Shown here: positions 1 to 7,524 of the stretch, in pieces
Layout: each line of letters begins with the position of its first letter
How positions within the stretch are numbered: position 1 is the first letter of the stretch
IMG/VR virus record: IMGVR_UViG_3300045988_172778
Coordinates: 32,001 to 96,000 of that record
Reading direction: 5' to 3' (one strand)
From: a virus
Length of the DNA stretch: 64,000 bases
Notes under the pieces: model-generated
Database searches by the model: none
Seen by the model: only the letters and a program-made list of their open reading frames with translations
What the model was told of the DNA's origin: nothing
Program-made: the position numbers and the translations under genes

Positions 1-1
1 G

Positions 2-415
2 ATTGGAAAATTAGTAGTAGATTACGAAGAAGTAAGTTTGGGAGATTTGTTGGATTTTTTAACTGATAAAGGTGTAGAGTGTTGTGTCGATGGTGATAAC
101 ATTTATTTATATTATAACGAGAATCACCGTCGTTTGTCAATTTCTAATATTATGAATAAGAAGAAAATACACAATTATTTCTTCAAAGAATTGACTTCTC
201 CGCCAACTCGCACGCCGACAAATTATGTGCAAACTTGGCTTTTAGAGAAATTCAATGAACAAGAACGTCTTCGCTTCGAGGAACAACATCAAGCCGAATT
301 AAAAAAGGCACAGGAGAATATCCAGAAGGCGATGGAAGAGTATAAACAGTTGTATACAAAATACGTAAATCAACAAAACAAGGAGGCGCAGTCCGATGGC
401 GGATCAAACAACTAA
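2..415 (+). CDS. hypothetical protein, 5' end outside the window
   Basis: Frame is open from base 2 (IGKLVVDYEEV...). The track start at 38 is only an internal TTG. The stop overlaps the next gene start. No recognisable motif. Confidence 0.45.
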   Translation: MGKLVVDYEEVSLGDLLDFLTDKGVECCVDGDNIYLYYNENHRRLSISNIMNKKKIHNYFFKELTSPPTRTPTNYVQTWLLEKFNEQERLRFEEQHQAELKKAQENIQKAMEEYKQLYTKYVNQQNKEAQSDGGSNN

Positions 416-2345
416 AAAACGCGGAAGACCGCGCAAAATTGCAGTAGACGAAGATGAGAAAATTTTAACCGATAACGCGAGTGAAACGCTTATGATGGAA
501 CAGAAGAGCGCGGCGGGAACGAACGGGAAAGTAACCATTAATCAGGTGGCGGAGAGTTTATTCTCGTTGTACGGGAGTGTTCTTGGCACTTATAACGGGA
601 AATGGGGGGAAAACAACATAAACCTTTACAACCCGTTTTTGCAGAACTCGCGATTGAAGATGATAAACGCGTCCCCAGTAACGGAGACGCCAGAAGAAAT
701 CGCGCAAGCGTTGAAAGACCCAGGGTCTCACGAAGAAGAGCTTAAATCGGTCTCGGCAGGGCTTTCCGCTCGACAATACCTTTATTACAAGATATTGCGT
801 GAAGCGTGCGATGTCCCGATGTATAAGAGTTACTTTTTACCTGAAACGCTCGAAGACGCGAGCGAATACACGAGTAAGAAATTCCGCGAGGAAGAAGCTT
901 TTGTGGAAGAGTGGAAAGATAAACTCGACCCGCAGGCTTTGTTCAAAAGAATCGGGATGGAAGTCAAGAGAGAGGGAAAACCGTCTTATATATTCAGACA
1001 ATGTATATATGAGGATGAGGGGAAAAAGCGCGTTAAATACGTAACGTTCCAAAAACTCCCTGCCGCTTATACCAAACTCACAGGAATTGGCGAGCATGGT
1101 TACATTGCGAGTTTTAACCTTATGGTATTTATGAACCCCGCATTTTCGCCGTTGCAATACCCCGAATTCATACGTAAGATTTGGGATAGCATTATTACTG
1201 GCAGAATCGTGTATCGCGACAATAAAGGTAATTATGCGGTAGATGCCAACAAACTTGCGCAATTTACATACGACGACGAAGGACAGGAACGTAAAGGGAC
1301 GATAGAAATCGCTAAACAGGCGGCTTCGACGGTTTATTTGTATTGGGTGCAGTTGCCGCAAGACCTTTGCTTTACTTTTATGAGCGACGGTTCTAACGCA
1401 TGGTCGGTTCCCGACACGATAAGCCTTTTCTCGGACCTTCAAGAATTAAGCGATTATTCAACACTTGCAGGCTTGATAGCGAGCAGCCCGTTGACGGCTG
1501 TTCTTACAGGTCAGGCAGAATTTATAGACGGAGCGCAGCCAGGTCAAGATCAGACTAAGATCAGACCGACGACGCTCAATGCGTTCCAGAACTTTTTTAA
1601 TTCAATAGTTTCTGGAAACGTAAATGCTTTCTTTGGACCGTTCAAAGATATGAAATTACAGTCGTTGCCGAATATACCGAATAGCAGCGACATTAAAACG
1701 AAGGCGGTTCAAAACTTTATTTCCTCGGCAGGAGAGGGTGGTTTGATTGTTGCAACCGATAAACCGTCGGTAGCGATGATTAAAGGCGCACAAATGCTTG
1801 CCGAGTCTCAATACGATTATGTCACAAGACAAATCGAAACAGCCACAAACACTGTACTTGAAAAATGGTGCGGTTGTAAATATAAATGGAAGCTTAAACT
1901 TTGGGGCGGAATTTATACTTTTGACAGTCAAGTCAAGAACATGAAAGAGCTTGTGTCTTCGGGCGCAACGTTCGTCCTTCCAAAATTAGCTTCTGCTTAT
2001 GACATGTCTCTCAGGCAGGTACGCGGAGTATCGAGCTATATTGATGAGAACAAGTTGTATGATAAATTCAAGACATTAGGTTGGGCGCAGAGCATACAAA
2101 ACGCACAGGCTCGTAGCAGCTCGACACAGGATTCTAATGGCGTTGGACGTACAGCATTGGACGATACCGATATAGAAAACGATTCCACGGCACAAAGCAG
2201 AGAGACGGGCGCTAACATCACCGAATTGAAGGAAGATTATGTCGCTCAACATATTTGCCCGTTGTGCGGGAGCGAAGATGTTGAAGACGGTCATTTCTTA
2301 TGCTCGGAATGTGAAGAAAAGATGGAATTAGACGGGGAGGAATAA
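396..2345 (+). CDS. portal protein candidate
   Basis: 649 aa and the first large ORF of the head block, ahead of the protease/scaffold-like and capsid genes. Assigned by size and synteny only. KRGRPRK near the N-terminus, CPLCG..CSEC at the C-terminus. Confidence 0.55.
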   Translation: MADQTTKKRGRPRKIAVDEDEKILTDNASETLMMEQKSAAGTNGKVTINQVAESLFSLYGSVLGTYNGKWGENNINLYNPFLQNSRLKMINASPVTETPEEIAQALKDPGSHEEELKSVSAGLSARQYLYYKILREACDVPMYKSYFLPETLEDASEYTSKKFREEEAFVEEWKDKLDPQALFKRIGMEVKREGKPSYIFRQCIYEDEGKKRVKYVTFQKLPAAYTKLTGIGEHGYIASFNLMVFMNPAFSPLQYPEFIRKIWDSIITGRIVYRDNKGNYAVDANKLAQFTYDDEGQERKGTIEIAKQAASTVYLYWVQLPQDLCFTFMSDGSNAWSVPDTISLFSDLQELSDYSTLAGLIASSPLTAVLTGQAEFIDGAQPGQDQTKIRPTTLNAFQNFFNSIVSGNVNAFFGPFKDMKLQSLPNIPNSSDIKTKAVQNFISSAGEGGLIVATDKPSVAMIKGAQMLAESQYDYVTRQIETATNTVLEKWCGCKYKWKLKLWGGIYTFDSQVKNMKELVSSGATFVLPKLASAYDMSLRQVRGVSSYIDENKLYDKFKTLGWAQSIQNAQARSSSTQDSNGVGRTALDDTDIENDSTAQSRETGANITELKEDYVAQHICPLCGSEDVEDGHFLCSECEEKMELDGEE

Positions 2346-2349
2346 TTCA

Positions 2350-2541
2350 ATGGGAGAAAAATGTAATCATCGAATTAAATCGAAAAACACGACCTTGCAC
2401 TTACTTGGTCGGTTATTTATGACGCACCCGAATGTCCGTCACGCCGTTTGTATGATTTGTGGAAAAGAGTTCAAGTTTGTCGAAGATGAAAATGGCGAAC
2501 TTAAACCCTTTAAGAAGAACTGTGAGGAGGCAGAAAAATGA
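2350..2541 (+). CDS. small Cys/His zinc-ribbon-like protein
   Basis: 63 aa with CNH...CMICG pattern. ATG lies 4 nt after the portal stop, and an ATGA overlap joins it to the next gene. Confidence 0.5.
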   Translation: MGEKCNHRIKSKNTTLHLLGRLFMTHPNVRHAVCMICGKEFKFVEDENGELKPFKKNCEEAEK

Positions 2542-3044
2542 AGATTTCAGAAGCTTGTTACGAGCAATTGAACAATCTTATCAAAAAGAGTTTCGATTGC
2601 AATGCTCAAGCGGATAACTTCGCGTATAACATCGATTACACGCGCTATCCGAACATCGCAAATCTTTATCATCATGCGTTTGCCCACAAATTTCCTCAGC
2701 TTGCGGACGTCATAAGTGACCTTATGATACAGTTAAACGCAAGACCAGTTAGAAAGGCAGTAAACGAGTATAAATCGGAATATCTCAGCCTTTATGACTT
2801 ATTTGTCGATAATGACCGAATGATGGAGGAGTATAGACAAGAGGTGCGTAAAACTATCGATATCGCAGATCTTAACGACGATTATGAAGTTAGAATCGCG
2901 ATGGAAGATTTTTTACTTAAACTTTTGCCTTATGTAAAACAGTCGGATATCTGGCGCACGAAGAGTGAGCAGTATAAGGATGATCCGTCGCAATTTGATG
3001 TGCATTTTGCAGAACTAACTACGCTTATCCCACACACATTATAA
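2538..3044 (+). CDS. hypothetical helical protein (possible ferritin/Dps-like bundle)
   Basis: 168 aa, translationally coupled. HHAFAHKF..ADVISDLMIQLNARP plus a later acidic helix DIADLNDDYEVRIAMEDF recall Dps-type four-helix bundles. The resemblance is at motif level only. Confidence 0.35.
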   Translation: MKISEACYEQLNNLIKKSFDCNAQADNFAYNIDYTRYPNIANLYHHAFAHKFPQLADVISDLMIQLNARPVRKAVNEYKSEYLSLYDLFVDNDRMMEEYRQEVRKTIDIADLNDDYEVRIAMEDFLLKLLPYVKQSDIWRTKSEQYKDDPSQFDVHFAELTTLIPHTL

Positions 3045-3079
3045 AATTAATTAACTTATAAAAAGGGGACTTTTAACAT

Positions 3080-3817
3080 ATGAAAGAAATTGTCGATTCA
3101 ATTATTAAATATGGAAGTACCCCTGTACTGATAGCTGTGCTTATATTTATTATTATTTGGTTCGCCAGATATCTTAAAGAAATAAGTGAGAAACAGCAAG
3201 AAGCAAGCCAGAGGTCCGAGGAGCGGGCTACTGAATTCTTAAAAATGATCAAAGAGGTCGAGGATAATACTAAACATACGCATCCTGGACCAGAAGAGGA
3301 AGAAAATAGGCGTTGTAATGATTTAGTAATGAATTTGTTAAATTGTTTACGTGAAAAATCTGGCGCAAATCGTGTAAGTTGTTTTATATACCATAATGGG
3401 GGGTATAGCGTAACTGGAAGAAGTTTTCAGAAAATGTCGATGCTTTATGAAGTAGTTGACGGGAAAACAGTTTCGGTGATGAATTCTTTTCAAAATGTTC
3501 CTCGAACAATGTTTTTCACACTTACTCAAAAACTATCAGAACAGGGTTGTTACGATATTAGCAATATCGAGGACATAAAAGATGCCGATGCGATAACGTA
3601 TCAAACCTTTTATGCAAGAGGGGCAAAGGCGGCATATTGCGGCGTAATCAGGGATAGTAGGAAAAATATTCTTGGTTTCATTGTTGTTGAATATACCGCT
3701 GACAAATGTAATGATGAGAAAAAGACGAAAGACCTTATTAAAAACAAGGTCAGCAAAATAAGCGCAGCATTGGAGGTAAATCCAGAAGCTCCGCTTAATC
3801 AAGGAGGGAAGAAATAA
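3080..3817 (+). CDS. membrane-anchored protein with GAF-like C-terminal domain
   Basis: 245 aa with an N-terminal hydrophobic helix (TPVLIAVLIFIIIWFA) and a charged linker. The ~150-aa alpha/beta region (CFIYHNGG...ILGFIVVEY) has a GAF-like pattern. Confidence 0.4.
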   Translation: MKEIVDSIIKYGSTPVLIAVLIFIIIWFARYLKEISEKQQEASQRSEERATEFLKMIKEVEDNTKHTHPGPEEEENRRCNDLVMNLLNCLREKSGANRVSCFIYHNGGYSVTGRSFQKMSMLYEVVDGKTVSVMNSFQNVPRTMFFTLTQKLSEQGCYDISNIEDIKDADAITYQTFYARGAKAAYCGVIRDSRKNILGFIVVEYTADKCNDEKKTKDLIKNKVSKISAALEVNPEAPLNQGGKK

Positions 3818-5661
3818 TGCTTAAGTGTTTTGAACTTGATTCTAACCAAATCAGAATTAGAGACATCTTAAACGACAAAAACTTCCTCGAAATAGAAATC
3901 TTTGCGATTTCTGATGCAAATCCTAACTGTAACAAAAGTCATTTTACGCTCGAGTCGATGCAAAAAGATCTCGAGTCTTTTAACGATAAGCCGATACTCG
4001 GTTTTTTCAATAAACAAGGTGATTTTGAGTCTCATAACGGAAGAGTTGCTTACGATCCAGAAGAACAAGTGGACTATTGGGACAACTCTAACGGAGAACA
4101 AATTTTAGGTTTTATTCGCCAGACGGATAGGAAAGAAATCGTAGAGAGAGACGGTTTACACTGGATTTACTGTACCGCAATGATATATACTCAATATAAC
4201 TATAAACAAGTCAAAAAATTGCTCAAAGACCGCAAGAAAAAAGTTTCGGTCGAAATAGCGGTTTTAGACAGCGAGATGGTCGACGGAATTGAATATATCA
4301 AAGAATTTGACTTAAAGGGAATAACAATTCTCGGAAGCCGTAACGGCATACAAGTCAAAGAAGGTATTGAAGGCGCGGGATTATCAATTCTCGAAGTTTT
4401 TGATGCGGCGAGATTCAGTGGACAAAAACAAACAATTATTCAAGCGTACTCTCAGTTAGAGGACGACGAGAAAAATAAGGAGGACGGAAATTTGGCTATG
4501 AAAGATTTTGAAAAAGCTCTTAAAGTCAACAAATCCAAAGAAGCCATGTCCGATACCAGTTGGGGCGACGTTGATAAAGCGGAGCTCAGAAAACGCATTG
4601 TCGAAGCGAGCAACTTTAAGGAAATCGCAGATGACGTGTTCCTCGACTTGAGAGAAGGCTGGGAAGAAGGGGAAGTTACGAAGCTCAAATATCCAGTAAT
4701 GGAGATCAAAGGCGACGAACTGGTATATAACAGAGGGGCATTAGGCTCAGCGAAGGCTTACGCCGAGAAGAACGGCGAAGAAGAAGTCTTAAAGAAGTTA
4801 AAGGCTATTTACGGGCATTTAGATCTCGACTTCGAAGCGAAGTTCGATTGCGAATGCGACGAATTCTGTGACCTTTACGAAGACGACGTTCCGTGCAATG
4901 GCGATTGCGGCGACGATTGTGATAATCATGATGATTGCGACGATTATTCGCTCGAAAAACACGCGGAAGGAGTGGTTGTCGAGGAAGCGAAGGAAGAACC
5001 TGTAGAAAAACCTGCTGTGGTTGTTGAAAAGGTTTACACCGAAAAGGAATTCAACGCGGCTTGTGACGAATTGAAGATGAAATGCAATGAAGCGGAAAGC
5101 AAATTTGCTGAAGCAGAGGGCAAATATTCGGAACTCGAAGCTAAATGCAGTGAATACGAAAACAAATGCGGCGAATACGAAAGTAAGTGTGCGGATTACG
5201 AAAAGAGATGCGCGGAGTATGAGAAGAAATGTGCAGAACTTGAAGAGAAGTGCGCGAATTACGAGGCAACCGCAGGAAAGCTTAAACTCGAAATGGATGA
5301 ATGTGTCGCAAAGATGCAGGATTACGAAGAGGTTAAGAAAGCTCGTGACGAAATGGTTGAGAAATTCGCCGTTATGAAGGTCAACGAGCAAAAAGATTAT
5401 ATTTCCAATGTATGCGCTAAAATGAAGTTTACGGAAGAAGAGATTAAACCGATTGGTGAAAAATGCGAAAGAAGAGAATATGAAGATATCGACGCGATAG
5501 ACAGAGATATCGCTTATTTGTCTTTCCAAAAAACTAAGGCGACACTTTTCAGTGAAAAAACGGAAATGTTTAGTGTAAATATTGTGGAAGAACCAAAACA
5601 AAAATCTGGTCGCAAAGAAAAAACATTACAAGAGCGACTCAAAGATAATTTAAGAAAATAA
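3817..5661 (+). CDS. prohead protease / scaffolding-like protein
   Basis: 614 aa sitting between the portal and capsid genes. The N-terminal domain has SHFTLESM..KPILGFF..ESHNG, followed by a Cys/Asp-rich acidic linker and a long coiled-coil C-terminal half. ATGA-type overlap with the upstream gene. Confidence 0.5.
   Translation: MLKCFELDSNQIRIRDILNDKNFLEIEIFAISDANPNCNKSHFTLESMQKDLESFNDKPILGFFNKQGDFESHNGRVAYDPEEQVDYWDNSNGEQILGFIRQTDRKEIVERDGLHWIYCTAMIYTQYNYKQVKKLLKDRKKKVSVEIAVLDSEMVDGIEYIKEFDLKGITILGSRNGIQVKEGIEGAGLSILEVFDAARFSGQKQTIIQAYSQLEDDEKNKEDGNLAMKDFEKALKVNKSKEAMSDTSWGDVDKAELRKRIVEASNFKEIADDVFLDLREGWEEGEVTKLKYPVMEIKGDELVYNRGALGSAKAYAEKNGEEEVLKKLKAIYGHLDLDFEAKFDCECDEFCDLYEDDVPCNGDCGDDCDNHDDCDDYSLEKHAEGVVVEEAKEEPVEKPAVVVEKVYTEKEFNAACDELKMKCNEAESKFAEAEGKYSELEAKCSEYENKCGEYESKCADYEKRCAEYEKKCAELEEKCANYEATAGKLKLEMDECVAKMQDYEEVKKARDEMVEKFAVMKVNEQKDYISNVCAKMKFTEEEIKPIGEKCERREYEDIDAIDRDIAYLSFQKTKATLFSEKTEMFSVNIVEEPKQKSGRKEKTLQERLKDNLRK
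5143..5268 (+). repeat. 6 x 21-bp in-frame tandem repeat encoding (K/R)C-x-(E/D)(Y/L)E-x heptads
   Basis: KCSEYEN KCGEYES KCADYEK RCAEYEK KCAELEE KCANYEA read directly from the sequence. Confidence 0.85.
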
Positions 5662-5678
5662 TTAAGGAGAAATTTAAT

Positions 5679-6221
5679 ATGGCTACTTTTGCTAAAATTA
5701 AAATGATGTCGGAAGACGTCAATTCTCTTCTTCTTACTGGTAAGTTTAAGGCTAAAGGCCAACTTGCTAGAGTTGAAGATGGCGCTATCGTAGTTGTTGG
5801 CGACTTGATGGATAGCACGGTATATGCTAATAACAAAGATATGAACGTATTTGAAATCGCCGCGCCTGCTGCTGATACCGATGAAGTTGCGATAGTTGAT
5901 ATCGTCGACGTTTCGAAGGGTGATGTTTATGGTGACGCGTGGAGACTCGGTGTTAGAACCGACAGCCTCTTTGCTGAACCTGGTCAGCCTGTTAGAGTGA
6001 GAATATTCCATAAGTATGACAGATTTGAACTCTCGGCTGATGGTTTCAAGAGTGAACCTGCCGTTGGTAAATATGCTGTTATTGAAGCTGGAAACACTAA
6101 GCTCGTTCCTTCGGATGAAGCTCCTGCTGCTGGAAAATTCGGCGTTAAGATCGAAATGGCGAAAGATTTCGTTATAGGTCAGACTGTTGCGGGCAAGAAA
6201 TATTACTGCCGTGTACTTTAA
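5679..6221 (+). CDS. capsid-associated protein (decoration or scaffold-like), unassigned
   Basis: 180 aa with RBS AAGGAG, immediately upstream of the capsid gene. Codon usage matches highly expressed genes. Confidence 0.45.
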   Translation: MATFAKIKMMSEDVNSLLLTGKFKAKGQLARVEDGAIVVVGDLMDSTVYANNKDMNVFEIAAPAADTDEVAIVDIVDVSKGDVYGDAWRLGVRTDSLFAEPGQPVRVRIFHKYDRFELSADGFKSEPAVGKYAVIEAGNTKLVPSDEAPAAGKFGVKIEMAKDFVIGQTVAGKKYYCRVL

Positions 6222-6245
6222 TTTTTAAGGGAGGAATAGAATATT

Positions 6246-7340
6246 ATGTTAAAAATGTTTAATTATAAGAAATCTGAAGTTGCCCTTTTTAATGATGTTG
6301 TAGACGGTATCGTTGATTCCGCTCGTCAAAGCATCGAAGGCGTTCAGAACCGTAAAGAATACGAGGAAATGCAGGATGTAGTTTGCGAAAACCTCGTTAA
6401 ATACTGCGTAAGCAACACTCGTTATGAGAACAGATTTGAAGCGGAAGGTCTTGACCTTATAAAGAGTCCCGCTGTTAACGGAAGCAGAGATTTCAGAGAA
6501 AACTTCGACGCGGTTATCGCGCAGGTTATCAACGCGACTCTTCCGATGACGATGAGCTCGAGATTTGCCGACACGTTTATGGAACTTCATCATGTTGGTT
6601 GGGGCGACACCGCTCGTTTCATCGTTGATTCCAACGAACTCTATCAGGTAAACGAACTTGCGGAAGGTATCCACCGTGGTGCCCTTCAGCACATTTACAA
6701 CAACGAGATTTCGGTTAACCCGCAGCCCGTTGAAATCGCTGTTTCGATCGACTGGTATCTTCTCGCTTCGAGAAAGTTTGATATCGGTGTTTGGGCTGCG
6801 AAGATCGCTCGCTCGTTCGAAAACTACGTTCTTGCGAAAGCTATCGCTTCGCTCCTTTCTGTAACGGATGGACTTGGCGCTGGTTACACCACGAACGGTG
6901 TTGACGTTAAGAAATTCGGCACGCTTGCTCAGAGAGTATCTGCGGCTAACAACGGCGCTGCTGTTTATGCTCTTGGTACTTCCGTTGCGCTTGCTTCGCT
7001 TATGCCCAACACGGTAGGCCTTCAGTATGGTCTTGGCGTTGAAATCACGAAGAACGGCTTCCTTGACAGATATCTTGGAACTAACGTTATCGCGATTGAT
7101 CAGGCTATCGATCCGTCGACCTTGAATTCGACCGCTAACCTTATGGTTCCCGATGATAAGATTTTCCTTATCGCGGCTGGCGCGTACAAACCTCTCAAAG
7201 TTGTTATGGAAGGTAATGAAATCACCCTTACCGACATTCCTGAATATACTTCTGACAGAACTTACGTATTTTCCGTAAAAGTCCGTCTCGGAATCAAAGC
7301 GGTGCTTGGGTCCAAACACGGCGTTATCAACCTCGGTTAA
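6246..7340 (+). CDS. major capsid protein candidate
   Basis: 364 aa with RBS AGGGAGG. Codon bias is very strong (ctt/gct/gtt/cgt). It follows the scaffold-type genes and is followed by a hairpin. Assigned by position, size and expression signals. Confidence 0.65.
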   Translation: MLKMFNYKKSEVALFNDVVDGIVDSARQSIEGVQNRKEYEEMQDVVCENLVKYCVSNTRYENRFEAEGLDLIKSPAVNGSRDFRENFDAVIAQVINATLPMTMSSRFADTFMELHHVGWGDTARFIVDSNELYQVNELAEGIHRGALQHIYNNEISVNPQPVEIAVSIDWYLLASRKFDIGVWAAKIARSFENYVLAKAIASLLSVTDGLGAGYTTNGVDVKKFGTLAQRVSAANNGAAVYALGTSVALASLMPNTVGLQYGLGVEITKNGFLDRYLGTNVIAIDQAIDPSTLNSTANLMVPDDKIFLIAAGAYKPLKVVMEGNEITLTDIPEYTSDRTYVFSVKVRLGIKAVLGSKHGVINLG

Positions 7341-7351
7341 TTAAGTTTTTT

Positions 7352-7382
7352 AATGGCGTTTCTTTTAAAAAAAAACGCCATT
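7352..7382 (+). terminator. hairpin after the capsid gene (weak terminator candidate)
   Basis: Arms aatggcgtt / aacgccatt with an A/T-rich loop. There is no clean downstream T tract. Confidence 0.35.
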
Positions 7383-7397
7383 TCCATTACAAAACGC

Positions 7398-7426
7398 TTG
7401 ACAAGTGTCAAGCAATTTGTTATAAT
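7398..7426 (+). promoter_or_regulatory. consensus sigma-A/sigma-70 promoter for the homing endonuclease gene
   Basis: TTGACA (7398-7403), a 17-nt spacer ending in TGT, and TATAAT (7421-7426). The -35 box sits in the perfect hairpin gcttgac-aagt-gtcaagc. Confidence 0.7.
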
Positions 7427-7524
7427 TAACGTGTAAATTGCGGGACAGCGACGGCCATCGTTTCCTTTTGACTCCTTACCCCAAGGATTACCGCTTTTTA
7501 TATATTTTGTAAGGAGATCAAAAA

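Noticed and set aside
837-1442. 201-aa minus-strand ORF inside the portal gene
   Set aside because: It is antisense to a well-supported long + ORF, with no RBS and a low-complexity basic translation.
4819-5601. 260-aa minus-strand ORF opposite the scaffold coiled-coil region
   Set aside because: It is the mirror of a GAA/AAA-rich repeat region, which gives Phe/Leu-rich nonsense. It has no start context.
6249-7319. 356-aa ORF on the minus strand covering almost the entire capsid gene
   Set aside because: It is exactly antisense to a strongly codon-biased, RBS-preceded + strand gene. It has no RBS, and its Arg/Ser/Asn-rich low-complexity translation is typical of antisense reading of RNY-biased genes.
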